Below are positions 36,962-47,585 of a stretch of DNA of 64,000 nucleotides, piece after piece; within the stretch, counting starts at the first letter, position 1; every line of letters starts with the position of its first letter. Source of the stretch: an uncultured Kiritimatiellota bacterium (lineage in GTDB: Bacteria > Verrucomicrobiota > Kiritimatiellia > RFP12 > DVOR01); the NCBI GenBank assembly GCA_944389585.1, contig CALXMW010000001.1, positions 155,435 to 219,434 on the forward strand, given 5' to 3'. The position numbers were made by a program, and so were the translations under genes. Under the pieces are notes generated by a model. It worked only from the letters and a program-made list of their open reading frames with translations, ran no database searches and had not been told where the DNA came from.

Positions 36962-37178
36962 AGGAACGTAAAAACGGGGCGTATGATAGCACACCTCCCC
37001 CACCCCGCGCAAGTCTTTTCTTTCCCGCTCCCGCCCCAAAACGAAAAAAGCCCGCCCGCCACCGGGAAGGGGCCGGGGGCGGGCGGGCGTGGGGGAAAAC
37101 GGGCTGGCTTGCCGAAAACTAACGCGAGGGAGGGCAGGATTGTGGTAAAATGAAAAACTGATTTTTGGGAAGCGTGAC

Positions 37179-38672
37179 ATGCCAAAGAAAAAGCGAGTGA
37201 GCGAGCCGTTGCCCCTGTCCGAGCTGGCGGGGGAGGCGCCGTTGCGCCGGGAGCTGCCGCAGGACGTGGAGGCGGAGCGGGGGCTTCTGGGCTCGCTCCT
37301 GCTGGATCCGGCGCGGGTGTTGGACATCTGCACGGCCAAGGGCGTGGTGGCGGAGGCCTTCGTGGAGCCGGCCCACCGGAGCATCTACGCGGCGATCGCG
37401 CGCCTGGCCTCGAAGGGGCAGCCGGTCGACGGCATCACGGTGGCGAACTTCCTGGGGGGGACGGGGGATCTGGAGGCCGTGGGCGGCCTGCGCGCGCTGA
37501 CGGGGCTGATGGATCGGACGCCGACGAGCGCGCACGCGGGCTATTACGCCGAGCTGGTGATGGAGCAGTACCTGCGGCGCTGCATCCTGGGGGCCGTGCG
37601 CGAGGTGGAGGCGAACGTCTACGACGCCACGCAGTCGGCCGACTACGTGCTGGGGATGGCCGAGCAGACGATTTTGGGCATCGGCGAGGGGCGCATGAGG
37701 GCCGGCACGAGCGTCGACTGGCGCACGAGCGTGGGCGAGACGCTCTCGATGCTCACGCGCCAGCTGGAGCACCCCGGCGAGCTCTCGGGCATCCCGACGG
37801 GCTTCAAGGCGCTGGACGAGCAGCTGCGCGGCCTGCACAAGGGCGAGATGATCGTGCTGGCGGCCCGCCCCTCGATGGGCAAGACCTCGCTGGCGATGAA
37901 CATCGCCGAGTGCGTGGCCCGCGGGCGCGACATCATGGGACGCCCCTTCCCCTCCCCCGACGGGCGGGCGAAAAAGCGCACCGTGCTCGTCTTCTCCCTG
38001 GAAATGCCCCAGACGCAGCTGACCACCCGCATGCTCTGCGGCATCGCCGGCGTCTCCGCGCGCGAGGTGGAAAAGGGCCAGTTCGTGAAGAAAGACGTGG
38101 TGCTGCCCCTGCTGCGCTCCGCCGCCAAGGAGCTCGCCGAGACGCCCATCCTCTGCGACGACCAGGGCGGCCTGGACGTGATGGAGCTGCGCGCCCGCGC
38201 CCGTCACGCCCACAAGCGCAACCCGGTGGAGCTCATCGTCATCGACTACCTGCAGCTGCTCAGCCACCGCGAGTTCGCCCAGCAAGGCCAGCAGGTGATG
38301 GTGGCCAAGATCTCCGGCGAGATCAAGGCCATGGCCAAGGAGCTGAACGTGCCGGTCATCGTCCTCTCCCAGCTCTCGCGCAACCCCGAGCAGCGCGGCG
38401 GCGACGAGAAGCCCAAGAACTCCGACCTGCGCGACTCTGGCGCCATCGAGCAGGACGCGGACGTCATCCTGCTGCTGCGCCGCCCCAGCTTTATGAGCAG
38501 CCGCGTGCCTGAGCACGACGACCGCCTGCTGGCCATCGTCGACGTCTCGAAGAACCGCAACGGCGCCACCGGCGAGGTGCGCCTGAACTTCGACGGCGCC
38601 ACGACCCGCTTCAAAGACCGTGTGGAGACTAACCCCGACAGGATGACCGGCGACATGGAGCCGGTGGAATAA
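37179..38672 (+). CDS. dnaB: Replicative DNA helicase DnaB.
   Basis: N-terminal DnaB domain 'AERGLLGSLLLDPARVLDI'. Walker A 'AARPSMGKTSLAMNIA'. 'IVIDYLQLL'. 'VIVLSQLSRNPEQR'. Confidence 0.9.
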   Translation: MPKKKRVSEPLPLSELAGEAPLRRELPQDVEAERGLLGSLLLDPARVLDICTAKGVVAEAFVEPAHRSIYAAIARLASKGQPVDGITVANFLGGTGDLEAVGGLRALTGLMDRTPTSAHAGYYAELVMEQYLRRCILGAVREVEANVYDATQSADYVLGMAEQTILGIGEGRMRAGTSVDWRTSVGETLSMLTRQLEHPGELSGIPTGFKALDEQLRGLHKGEMIVLAARPSMGKTSLAMNIAECVARGRDIMGRPFPSPDGRAKKRTVLVFSLEMPQTQLTTRMLCGIAGVSAREVEKGQFVKKDVVLPLLRSAAKELAETPILCDDQGGLDVMELRARARHAHKRNPVELIVIDYLQLLSHREFAQQGQQVMVAKISGEIKAMAKELNVPVIVLSQLSRNPEQRGGDEKPKNSDLRDSGAIEQDADVILLLRRPSFMSSRVPEHDDRLLAIVDVSKNRNGATGEVRLNFDGATTRFKDRVETNPDRMTGDMEPVE

Positions 38673-38683
38673 GGACCCGAGAC

Positions 38684-41050
38684 GTGAAACGAATCCTCCC
38701 CCTTGCCCTCTGCCTGATCCTCGGCCTGGCCCCGGCGGCGAACGCCGCGCGCATTACCGTCAGCGACGTGCGCGTCCGCGCCGACGACACCTTCGGCATC
38801 GACCCCACCGAAGCCGTCCTGGGCCTCTGCTCCGTCCAAAAAGGCATGACCGCCGAGCAGGCCGACGTCCAAACCGCCATCAGCGACGACGTCAAGGCCC
38901 TCCTGGCCACCCCCGACTACGCCAAGGCCGACGCCGCCATCGGCCAGGACGCCAATGGCGACTGGGTCATCGTCTACACCGTCAGCCGCCGCCCCCAGCT
39001 GGCCCAAGAGCCCGCCGTCGACGGCCTGGACGGCGCCATCCGCCTGAGCACCGCCGAGGACGCCCTCAAGCTCAAGCCCCAAGACCGCGTGGACGAGGCC
39101 ATCGCCTCGGCCGCCGCCGGGCGCCTGCGCGACAAGCTCGCCCAAGAGGGCTACACCGACGCGCGGGTCGCCTTCGAGATCCGCCACGCCGAGGCCCCCG
39201 GCTACGCCTACCTCACCTTCCTCGTCCAGCCCGGCGTGGAGCGCGACATCCGCGACTACCGATTCGAGGGCAACACCGTCTTCGACCACGACACCCTGGC
39301 CAAGGCCTTCGGCTGGAAACCCCTCTGGAACCCCATCAGCTGGTTCACCGACTTCCCCACCACCGACGAGAAGCTCGACGACGCGCGCGCCGCCGTCAAC
39401 GCCGTCTACACCGACGCCGGCTACCTCGACGCCGAGGTCGCCTTCCCCGAGCTGCGCCAGGTGGAAGGCAAAAAGGACGGCCGCGTGGACGCCGTCTTCA
39501 AGGTCTCCGAAGGCCCGCGCTACACCGTCGGCGACATCACCGTCGAAGGCGCGACCCTCTACCCGAAGGAGGCGCTCGAGGCCGCCGCCCGCGCCGTCCG
39601 CGACGCCGCGCCCGACAACGCCGCCGCCACCCGCGCCACGCTCGAGGCCCTGCGCACGGCGGTCGAGGACTACTACGGCTCGCGCGGCTACGTGGACACC
39701 TACGCGCGCCAGACGATCGTGCCGCGCGCGGGCGAGCCGGTGGTCGACGTCACCTACCGCCTCACCGAGGGCGAGCGCGTCCGCATCCGCGACATCCAGA
39801 TCCGCGGCAACTCCGTGACGCAGGACAAGGTCATCCGCCGCGAGCTGGCCATTCAGCCCGGCGAGGACTACGACAGCCGCCTGGTGCGCCGCTCCGAGGC
39901 GCGCATCCGCAACCTCAACTACTTCCAGGCCGAAAGCGGCGTCTCCTCCTACACCATCAAGACGCCCAACGAAGGCGAGCGCGACCTGGTCTTCGAGGTG
40001 CGCGAGACGGAGACGGGCACCTACGGCCTGGGCGTGGGCGTGAGCACCATCGACAACTTCTTCGTCTACGCCAAGGCCACCCAGCGCAACTTCGACCTCT
40101 TCAACCCCTCCAACGGCTTCCGCGGCGGCGGCCAGCGCGCCAGCGCCGAGGCCGAGGTCGGCGGCCGCCGCCAGACCGTCCTGGTGAGCTGGACGCAGCC
40201 CTGGCTCTGGGACATGCCCCTCTCCTTCACCGTCGACGCCTACCGCCGGATGCGCTGGCGCGACTACTACGACGAGATCCGCACCGGCGCGGCCTTCACC
40301 TTCGCCTGGAAGCCCATCCCCCTGCCCACCCCCTGGGGCGACCTCCAGCTCGACCGCATCGGCCTGCGCTACACCCTCGAGAAGGTGGAGTACGACGACC
40401 CCGACGCCGGCACCTGGTGGCACGACGGCAAACCCTTCCGCTTCACCGACCAGGACGACGGCGTCAACAGCAAGCTGCGCGTCTTCTGGCAGGAAGACCA
40501 CCGCGACCGCCCCCTCTTCCCCACCGCCGGCTGGAACAGCCTCGTCTACGCCGAGGTCGGCCTCGGCGGCGACGGCAAGGACTACGGCCTGGGCTTCAAC
40601 TTCTCGCACTATTTCAACCCCTGGCGCGACCACACCCTCATGGCCCGCCTGCGCTTCGACACCATCGAGGCCTACAGCGGCGACGTGCCCATGTTCGACC
40701 GCTACTTCATCGGCGGCGGCCGCACCGTCCGCGGCTTCGAGTTCCGCGACGGCGGCCCCAAGGCCTGGGCCGGCGGCAGCCACGTGCCCATCGGCGGGCA
40801 GACGCTCTGGTGCGGCACCCTCGAATACAGCATCCCCCTCGTCTCGGCCGTCTCCTTCGCCGTCTTCACCGACGTCGGCGCCGTGGGCGACGACTTCTTC
40901 GACCTCGGCGGCGACATCCTCTGGTCCGCCGGCTGCGGCCTGCGCCTCAACCTCCCCGGCTTCCCCATCCGCCTCGACTTCGCCAAGCCCATCGCCAACG
41001 ACGACGACACCGAGGAAGAGACCTTCACCTTCTGGATCGGCATCGACTAA
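38684..41050 (+). CDS. bamA: Outer membrane protein assembly factor BamA.
   Basis: Signal peptide, POTRA repeats, C-terminal Omp85 barrel ('FDRYFIGGGRTVRGFE'). 788 aa, GTG start. Confidence 0.85.
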   Translation: MKRILPLALCLILGLAPAANAARITVSDVRVRADDTFGIDPTEAVLGLCSVQKGMTAEQADVQTAISDDVKALLATPDYAKADAAIGQDANGDWVIVYTVSRRPQLAQEPAVDGLDGAIRLSTAEDALKLKPQDRVDEAIASAAAGRLRDKLAQEGYTDARVAFEIRHAEAPGYAYLTFLVQPGVERDIRDYRFEGNTVFDHDTLAKAFGWKPLWNPISWFTDFPTTDEKLDDARAAVNAVYTDAGYLDAEVAFPELRQVEGKKDGRVDAVFKVSEGPRYTVGDITVEGATLYPKEALEAAARAVRDAAPDNAAATRATLEALRTAVEDYYGSRGYVDTYARQTIVPRAGEPVVDVTYRLTEGERVRIRDIQIRGNSVTQDKVIRRELAIQPGEDYDSRLVRRSEARIRNLNYFQAESGVSSYTIKTPNEGERDLVFEVRETETGTYGLGVGVSTIDNFFVYAKATQRNFDLFNPSNGFRGGGQRASAEAEVGGRRQTVLVSWTQPWLWDMPLSFTVDAYRRMRWRDYYDEIRTGAAFTFAWKPIPLPTPWGDLQLDRIGLRYTLEKVEYDDPDAGTWWHDGKPFRFTDQDDGVNSKLRVFWQEDHRDRPLFPTAGWNSLVYAEVGLGGDGKDYGLGFNFSHYFNPWRDHTLMARLRFDTIEAYSGDVPMFDRYFIGGGRTVRGFEFRDGGPKAWAGGSHVPIGGQTLWCGTLEYSIPLVSAVSFAVFTDVGAVGDDFFDLGGDILWSAGCGLRLNLPGFPIRLDFAKPIANDDDTEEETFTFWIGID

Positions 41051-41065
41051 CCCGAAAGGAACCCC

Positions 41066-41677
41066 ATGAAACGCATCCTCGCCCTGGCCCTCGCCGGCCT
41101 CCTGCCCTTGGCCGCCCTCCACGCCCAGACCCTCGCCGTCGTGGACATGGAAAAGGCACTCGCCCACCACCCCAACACCCCCAACGACCAAAAGCTCCTC
41201 GAAAGCACCCTCGCCGAATACACCAAGGAACGCGACGCCCTGCGCGCCGACATCGACCGCCGCATGGACGAGCGCGACCAAGCCCTCAAGGACGCCCAAA
41301 ACCCCATGCTCGCCCCCGCCAAGGCCGACGAGCTCCGCAAACTCGCCGAAGACAAGACCCGCGACATCGAGGCGGCCATCCGCCGCGCCGACGCCCAGAT
41401 GGCCGAGCGCTCCAACACCCTCTCCGAGATGGAGCGCAACCTCATCAAGCGCACCACCGACGAAATCCTCGCCCACATCGAGGCCTACGCCAAGGAAAAC
41501 AAACTCGACCTCGTCCTCTACAAAAACGTCGTCCCCTACGCCAAAGACGGGCTCGACATCACCGACCGCATCATCGCCCGCTGCGGCGGCACCCCGCCCA
41601 AGGCCGACGCCGCCAAGGACGGCGCCGAGCTCGCCCCCCCCGCCAAGAGCGGCCTACCCGCCAAACCCGCCAACTAA
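41066..41677 (+). CDS. skp: Periplasmic chaperone Skp/OmpH family.
   Basis: Signal peptide 'MKRILALALAGLLPLAALHA'. Coiled-coil OmpH-like, 203 aa. Immediately downstream of bamA. Confidence 0.7.
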   Translation: MKRILALALAGLLPLAALHAQTLAVVDMEKALAHHPNTPNDQKLLESTLAEYTKERDALRADIDRRMDERDQALKDAQNPMLAPAKADELRKLAEDKTRDIEAAIRRADAQMAERSNTLSEMERNLIKRTTDEILAHIEAYAKENKLDLVLYKNVVPYAKDGLDITDRIIARCGGTPPKADAAKDGAELAPPAKSGLPAKPAN

Positions 41678-41685
41678 GGAACGCC

Positions 41686-42114
41686 ATGAGCCACGAACTG
41701 GAAGAGGGCCTCACCCTCAGCCTCGACTTCGCCAAAATCGCCAAGGTCGCCGCCAACATCCGCGAGGACAAGGACAACGTCATCCCCGTCGCCGTCCAGG
41801 ACGCCGACACCAAAGAGGTCATCCTCATCGCCTACACCAACCGCCAGGCAATGGCGCTCACCTTCAAGACCCGCACCCTCACCCTCTGGTCCACCTCCCG
41901 CAACGTCCTCTGGGAAAAAGGCAAAACCTCCGGCGAAAGCTTCGAGGTGCTCGAAGCCCGCGTCAACTGCGAGCAAAACTCCCTCGTCTACCTCGTCCGC
42001 CCCCGCCGCGGCGCCATCTGCCACACCAAGAACAAGGCCGGCCGGCCCCGCAACTGCTACTACCGCGCCATCAACCTCGACGACGGCGTCACCCTGACCA
42101 ACCTCGACCCCTAA
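41686..42114 (+). CDS. hisI: Phosphoribosyl-AMP cyclohydrolase (monofunctional HisI).
   Basis: 'VQDADTKEVILIAYTNRQA…LWSTSRNVLWEKGKTSGESFEV…CEQNSLVYLV' matches the PRA-CH domain. 142 aa. Confidence 0.8.
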   Translation: MSHELEEGLTLSLDFAKIAKVAANIREDKDNVIPVAVQDADTKEVILIAYTNRQAMALTFKTRTLTLWSTSRNVLWEKGKTSGESFEVLEARVNCEQNSLVYLVRPRRGAICHTKNKAGRPRNCYYRAINLDDGVTLTNLDP

Positions 42115-42121
42115 ACGGCCC

Positions 42122-43900
42122 GTGAACACCACGGACTGGACAAACGCGAAAGCCCTTTTCCACGAAGGGCTTTCCGTCATCCTGCCCTTCCACGGCCTCG
42201 CCGGGCGCGCCGAGGCCAACCTCGCCCGCCTCGGCGCCCTCCTCCGCCCCCACGGCTTCCCCTTCCAGCTCATCGCCGTCGACGACGGCAGCCCCGACGG
42301 CACCGCCGAGGCCCTCCGCCGCGCCGCCGCGGCAGACCCCGCCATCCACCCCGTCATCCTCCCCGAGAACCGCGGCAAAGGCGCCGCCCTCCTCGCCGGG
42401 CTCCCCGCCGTCCGCCATGGCTGGGTGCTCCTCCTCGACGGCGACCTCGACCTCGACCCCGCCGCGCTCCCGGCCTTCGCCGACGTCGCACGCGCCACCG
42501 GCGCCGACCTCATCCTGGGCAGCAAGCGCCACCCCCAGTCCGACGTCCGCTACCCGCGCCGCAGGCGCCTGGCCTCCGCCCTCTACGCCACGCTCGTGCG
42601 CGCCCTCCTGCGCCTCGACGTCACCGACACCCAGGGCGGCATGAAGCTGATCCGCGCCGAGGCCCTGCGCCACGCCGCCGGTCGCCTCCTCGTCAAACGC
42701 TTCGCCTTCGACCTCGAGCTCCTCGCCGTCGTCCGCGGCGGCGGCTTCCGCTTCGCCGAGGCGCCCGTGCGCGTCGACTTCGGCCGCCGCTGGGGGTGCC
42801 TCACGCCGCGCGCCGTCTGGCGCACCCTGCTCGACACCCTCGCCATCGCCTACCGCGAGCGCGTCCTGCACTACTACGCCACCCTCACGCCCCTGCCGTC
42901 GGTGGGCGGGCACGGGCCGCGCTTCTCACTCCTCGTCGCCTGCCCCGGCGACAGCGCCGTCCTCCGCCACCTCTTGGACGCGCTCGAGGCGCAGACCTAC
43001 CGCGCCTTCGAGGCGATCGTGCTCCCGGACGGGCCGCTCGACCTGCCCGCGCGCCCCTGGCTCCGCGTCCTGCCCACCGGCCCCGCGCGCCCCGCCGCCA
43101 AGCGCAACCTCGGCGCCCGCGCGGCCACGGGGGAAATCCTCGGCCTCATCGACGACGACGCCTACCCCCGCGCCGACTGGCTGGCCACCGCCGCCGCGCG
43201 CCTCTCCGGGCCCGAGGCCATCGACGCGCTCGGGGGGCCGGGGCTGACGCCGCCCGACGACCCGCCCGCGGCGCAGCTCTCGGGGCTCATCCTGGCCTCG
43301 CCGCTCGTCTCGGGGAACTTCCGTTGCCGCTATTTCGTCCAGGGGCCGTTGCGCCGGGTGGAGGATTTCCCCAGCTGCAACCTCTTCGTGCGCCGCGCCG
43401 CCTTCGAGGCCGTCGGCGGCTTCCGCGAGGACTTCTGGCCCGGCGAGGACACCCTGCTCTGCGCCGACCTCCAGCGGGCGGGGCACACGCTGTGGTACGA
43501 CCCGCGCCTGGTGGTGTGGCACCACCGCCGGCCGGTCTTCGGGCCGCACCTGCGGCAGATCGGGCGCTACGCGCTCCACCGGGGCTTCTTCGCGCGGCGC
43601 GTCGGGCTGAACTCGCGCCGCCTGTCCTACCACCTGCCCACGCTCTTCCTGCTGGGGCTCGTCCTGGGCTTCCCGCTGGCGTGGCTCTCGCCGTGGCTGG
43701 CCGCGCCGTATTGCGGCGTGGTCGGGCTCTACCTGCTCGTGACGGCGGCGGACGCGGTGGCCGAGGCGCCCGCGCCGCGCCTAGTCTTGCCGCTGTGGGC
43801 GGGCATCGTGGCGACGCACCTCACCTACGGCGCGCGCTTCCTCCAGGGCTTGCTCGCCCCGGCGCTCCCGAACGCGCCGCGGCCCTTCGACCATCGCTGA
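42122..43900 (+). CDS. Glycosyltransferase with two tandem family-2 (GT-A) domains and a C-terminal membrane domain.
   Basis: 'LSVILPFHG…LIAVDDGSPDGT…NRGKGAAL' and a second 'FSLLVACPGDSAVLRHLLDALEAQTYRAFEAIVLPDGP'. Then 4 TM segments. GTG start. Confidence 0.7.
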   Translation: MNTTDWTNAKALFHEGLSVILPFHGLAGRAEANLARLGALLRPHGFPFQLIAVDDGSPDGTAEALRRAAAADPAIHPVILPENRGKGAALLAGLPAVRHGWVLLLDGDLDLDPAALPAFADVARATGADLILGSKRHPQSDVRYPRRRRLASALYATLVRALLRLDVTDTQGGMKLIRAEALRHAAGRLLVKRFAFDLELLAVVRGGGFRFAEAPVRVDFGRRWGCLTPRAVWRTLLDTLAIAYRERVLHYYATLTPLPSVGGHGPRFSLLVACPGDSAVLRHLLDALEAQTYRAFEAIVLPDGPLDLPARPWLRVLPTGPARPAAKRNLGARAATGEILGLIDDDAYPRADWLATAAARLSGPEAIDALGGPGLTPPDDPPAAQLSGLILASPLVSGNFRCRYFVQGPLRRVEDFPSCNLFVRRAAFEAVGGFREDFWPGEDTLLCADLQRAGHTLWYDPRLVVWHHRRPVFGPHLRQIGRYALHRGFFARRVGLNSRRLSYHLPTLFLLGLVLGFPLAWLSPWLAAPYCGVVGLYLLVTAADAVAEAPAPRLVLPLWAGIVATHLTYGARFLQGLLAPALPNAPRPFDHR

Positions 43901-43923
43901 CCTTTTTGCTATCATACCCAATC

Positions 43924-44367
43924 ATGGTGCTTTATCTGATACGGCATGGCGCATACGCCGCAGGCGGGGACGACCCGGGGCTCTCGCCCTTCGGCCTGGC
44001 CCAGGCGCGGGCCGCCGGGCGTTTCCTCAAGGCCCAGGGCGCGCGCCCGGAGGCCGTCGTGACGAGCGGTTACCGCCGCGCGCGGGAGACGGCCGCGGCC
44101 ATCCAGGAGGCGCTCGGCACGGCGCTTGACCCCATCGAGAGCCGGGATTTCACGCCCTTCGGAGACCCGGCGGCCATGCGCGCGACGCTTGGGGCGCTGG
44201 GCGTGGGGGAGGCGTTGGCCGTGGGGCATATGTGCTCGATCGGCGAGCTGGCGCGGGCGCTGTGCCCGCAGGCGCCGCACGTGTTCGGCACCTGCATGAT
44301 CGTGGCGTTGGAAGGCGCCGGGACGGAGTGGCGCCTGCTTTGGGCGCAACGGATGGAGGCGGTATGA
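43924..44367 (+). CDS. Histidine phosphatase superfamily protein (SixA-like phosphohistidine phosphatase).
   Basis: 'MVLYLIRHGAYA' RHG catalytic motif. 147 aa. Confidence 0.65.
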   Translation: MVLYLIRHGAYAAGGDDPGLSPFGLAQARAAGRFLKAQGARPEAVVTSGYRRARETAAAIQEALGTALDPIESRDFTPFGDPAAMRATLGALGVGEALAVGHMCSIGELARALCPQAPHVFGTCMIVALEGAGTEWRLLWAQRMEAV

Positions 44368-45740
44368 GCGAGAAGCGCGAGTCGTTGGCCACGAGCCTGG
44401 GCTTTCTGTTGGTGTCGGCGGGGTGCGCCGTGGGGCTGGGCAACGTCTGGCGCTTCCCGTACATTGTCGGCGAGGGTGGCGGGGCGCTCTTCGTGCTGAT
44501 GTACATCGTCTTCCTGGTGATGTTCGGCCTGCCGATGATGGTGGCGGAGTTCTCGGTGGGGCGCGCGGCGCAACGCTCGCTCGCCACGGCCTATCCGCTG
44601 CTCACGCCGCGCCCGGGGCCCTACAGGGCCATCTCCAAGGCGCAGATCGCCGGCAACTGGCTGCTGATGATGTATTACACCACCGTCGCGGGCTGGATGC
44701 TGGCCTACCCCGTGGCCCTGCTGTGCGGGTGGTTCGACTTCGCCGACCCGGCGGGCTTCCTCGCCGCCTTCCAGGGCAACGCCACGGCGCAGCTTTTCTG
44801 GATGGCGGTGGTGTGCCTCATCGGCTTCGGCGTCTGCGCGTTGGGACTGGAAAAGGGCGTCGAGAGCGTGACCAAGAAGATGATGGCGGCGCTCTTCCTG
44901 CTGCTCGTGGGCCTGGCGGCCTACGCGCTCACCCTCGAGGGCGCGGGCGAGGGCGTGAGGTTCTACCTGATGCCCTCGCTCGAGCCGCTCAAGCACCGCC
45001 CGCTCTTCGACATCGTCTTCGACGCGCTGGGGCAGAGCTTCTTCACCCTCTCGCTGGGCATCGGCTCGATGGCCATCTTCGGCAGCTACACCTCGCGCCG
45101 CTACACGCTCCCCGGCGAATCGGCCAAGATCATCGGCATCGACACCAGCGTGGCCCTGCTCTCGGGCCTGGTCATCTTCCCGGCCTGCTTCGCCTACGGC
45201 GTGCGCCCGGACCAAGGCCCCGGCCTCATCTTCGTCACCCTGCCCCAAGTCTTCGCGCAGATGCCCTCGGGCGTGGGCGTGTGGGTGGGCGCGGCCTTCT
45301 TCATCCTGCTGGCGCTGGCGGCGCTCACCACCGTCATCGCCGTCTTCGAGAACATCATCGCCATGACGATGGAGGCGCGCGGCTGCACCCGCCACAAGGC
45401 CATCAAGCGCAACGCCCCGCTCCTCTTCCTCCTCTCCATCCCCTGCGCGCTGGGCTTCAACCTGCTTAAAGGCGTCCAGCCCCTCGGCGCTGGCTCCACC
45501 ATCATGGATCTCGAGGACTTCCTCGTCTCCAACGTCGCCCTCCCCCTCGGCTCCCTGGCCATCCTCATCTTCTGCGTCAGCCGCCGCTACTGGGGCTGGG
45601 GCAACTTCCTCAAGGAGGCCAACGCCGGGCGCGGCCTGCGCTTCCCCAACGCCCTGCGCCTCTACATGGCCTACATCCTGCCCACCATCCTCGTGATCGT
45701 CTTCCTGCTGGGCCTCTACGTCAAGTTCTTCGACCGCTGA
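44364..45740 (+). CDS. Sodium-dependent transporter of the neurotransmitter:sodium symporter (NSS/SNF) family.
   Basis: Start 'MSEKRESLATSLGFLLVSAGCAVGLGNVWRFPY' carries the NSS signature. ATGA overlap with the upstream gene. Confidence 0.85.
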   Translation: MSEKRESLATSLGFLLVSAGCAVGLGNVWRFPYIVGEGGGALFVLMYIVFLVMFGLPMMVAEFSVGRAAQRSLATAYPLLTPRPGPYRAISKAQIAGNWLLMMYYTTVAGWMLAYPVALLCGWFDFADPAGFLAAFQGNATAQLFWMAVVCLIGFGVCALGLEKGVESVTKKMMAALFLLLVGLAAYALTLEGAGEGVRFYLMPSLEPLKHRPLFDIVFDALGQSFFTLSLGIGSMAIFGSYTSRRYTLPGESAKIIGIDTSVALLSGLVIFPACFAYGVRPDQGPGLIFVTLPQVFAQMPSGVGVWVGAAFFILLALAALTTVIAVFENIIAMTMEARGCTRHKAIKRNAPLLFLLSIPCALGFNLLKGVQPLGAGSTIMDLEDFLVSNVALPLGSLAILIFCVSRRYWGWGNFLKEANAGRGLRFPNALRLYMAYILPTILVIVFLLGLYVKFFDR

Positions 45741-45741
45741 G

Positions 45742-46950
45742 ATGCGCACCCGCAAGCCCCTCCTCCTCTCCGCCGCCTTCCTCCCCCGCACGCCCGGCCC
45801 CATCCGCGCCCGCGTGGCCATCTGCTGCTCCTTCTTCATCCAAGGCGCCACCTTCGCCACCTGGTGCAGCCGCATCCCCGACGTCCGCGACCGCCTCTGC
45901 CTCAACGAGGCCGCACTCGGCACCCTCCTCCTGGCCATCCCCCTCGGTCAACTCCTCTCCATGGCCCCCAACGGCTGGCTCGTGGCGCGCTTCGGCAGCC
46001 GCCGGATGCTTGTCCTCGCCGGCTTCCTCTACCCCGCCGTCCTCCTCTTCCTCGGCCTCGCCCCCACCGTCGCCACGCTCGCCTGCGGCCTCCTCGCCGC
46101 CGGCTTCGCCGCCAACCTCTCCAACACCGCCGCCAACACCCAGGGCGTCCTCCTCGAACACTTCTACCGCCGCTCCATCATCGCCCTCTTCCACGGCATG
46201 TGGTCCCTCGCCGGCCTCGCCGCCGTCGCCCTCGCCATGCTTTTGGGCGCCTTCGGCGTCCCCGCCTGGGCGCACTTCGGCGCCGTGGCCCTGGGCGCCT
46301 GGGCGCTCCTCTCCTGCTCCGGCGGCGCGCTCCTCCCCTTCGACCGCGCCGCCCCCGCCGCGCCGCGCGCCGGCGCCACCTGGCGCCCCACCCCCTTCCT
46401 CCTCTGGCTCGGCGTCGCCTCGCTCGGCTGCATGGCCTGCGAAGGCGCCGTCTACGACTGGGGCGGCGTCTACTTCCGCGACGTCCTCTCCGCCGCCCCC
46501 GCCCACCAAAGCCACGGCTACTTCGCCTACCTCTGCACGATGGTCGCCGGCCGCTTCGTCGCCGACCGCTTCGTCGACCGCCTCGGCCCCCGCCGCGTGC
46601 TCTACGCCGCCGGGGCCCTCATCGCCGGCGGCCTGGCCCTGGCCGTCTGCGCCCCCGCCCTCGGCGGCCTGGCGGCGACCGCCGGCGCGATGGCCGGCTT
46701 CGCGCTGGTGGGCTGCGGCACCAGCGCCGTCGTCCCCCTCTGCTGCGGGCTCGCCGGCAAGGCCCCGGGCGTGCCGCCCAGCATCGCCATCGCCCAAATC
46801 TCCACCATCGGCTTCTTCGGCTTCCTCGCCGCCCCGCCCCTCATCGGCTACGTCGCCCACGCCGCCGGGCTGCGCCTCGCCTTCGCGCTCATGGCCGCCG
46901 TCGGCCTCCTCGTCCTCCTGGCCACCCGCCGCCTCCGCCTCGCGAGATGA
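45742..46950 (+). CDS. MFS transporter.
   Basis: 12 predicted TM helices, two 6-TM halves. 402 aa. Confidence 0.7.
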   Translation: MRTRKPLLLSAAFLPRTPGPIRARVAICCSFFIQGATFATWCSRIPDVRDRLCLNEAALGTLLLAIPLGQLLSMAPNGWLVARFGSRRMLVLAGFLYPAVLLFLGLAPTVATLACGLLAAGFAANLSNTAANTQGVLLEHFYRRSIIALFHGMWSLAGLAAVALAMLLGAFGVPAWAHFGAVALGAWALLSCSGGALLPFDRAAPAAPRAGATWRPTPFLLWLGVASLGCMACEGAVYDWGGVYFRDVLSAAPAHQSHGYFAYLCTMVAGRFVADRFVDRLGPRRVLYAAGALIAGGLALAVCAPALGGLAATAGAMAGFALVGCGTSAVVPLCCGLAGKAPGVPPSIAIAQISTIGFFGFLAAPPLIGYVAHAAGLRLAFALMAAVGLLVLLATRRLRLAR

Positions 46951-47005
46951 GGCTTGACCTGGAGCGCGCGCCAGGTGCTATGCTAAGGACAATGAAAGGA
47001 CGCCC

Positions 47006-47389
47006 ATGACCATCGCCCAAGTCTGCAAACGCTGCAACGTCACCGCCGACACCCTCCGCTACTACGAGCGCGTCGGCCTCATCCCCGCCGTCCGCCGCGC
47101 CCCCAGCGGCATCCGCGACTACACCGAGGTCGACGTCAACTGGGTCGACTTCATCCGCTGCATGCGCGCCGCCGGCCTCCAAGTCCGCGCCCTCGCCCGC
47201 TACGTGGCCCTCTTCCGGAAAGGCGATGCCACCCTCTCCGAACGCAAAGACCTCCTCGTGCGCCAACGCGACCTCCTCGCCGTGCGCATGGAGGCCCAAC
47301 GCGCCGTCCTGGAGAAACTCAACGCCAAAATCGCCACCTACGAGGAACGCTGCGCCGTCTGGGAACGCACCCACCTGCGCAAACCCTGA
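47006..47389 (+). CDS. MerR-family transcriptional regulator.
   Basis: 'MTIAQVCKRCNVTADTLRYYERVGLI' HTH_MerR. 127 aa with a coiled-coil dimerisation helix. Confidence 0.8.
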   Translation: MTIAQVCKRCNVTADTLRYYERVGLIPAVRRAPSGIRDYTEVDVNWVDFIRCMRAAGLQVRALARYVALFRKGDATLSERKDLLVRQRDLLAVRMEAQRAVLEKLNAKIATYEERCAVWERTHLRKP

Positions 47390-47585
47390 CCCGGAGCCGG
47401 CGGGGGCGGGGGCAGAGACTTCTGCGAGAGCTCAAGCGCGTGGGAGGGGATGACGCCTGAGCCGCCAGACCTTGGCCGCGACAAACGTACGGAGGCGTGC
47501 ACGGCCGCGGACGCCGCTTTTGGATACGCTGGCGGTGGTGCCGTGTCCATATCGGGTGGAGCGTTGACGTTCAGCTGCGGGCCTG

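Noticed and set aside
37100-37178. Candidate dnaB promoter with an extended -10 (TGtGGTAAAAT).
   Set aside because: No -35 hexamer at proper spacing could be identified, so it is too uncertain to list as a feature.
47390-47585. Intergenic region after merR, examined for sRNA or terminator structure.
   Set aside because: No convincing hairpin/U-tract or repeat was seen. Small ORFs there (for example 47450..47665) have no RBS and biased composition.
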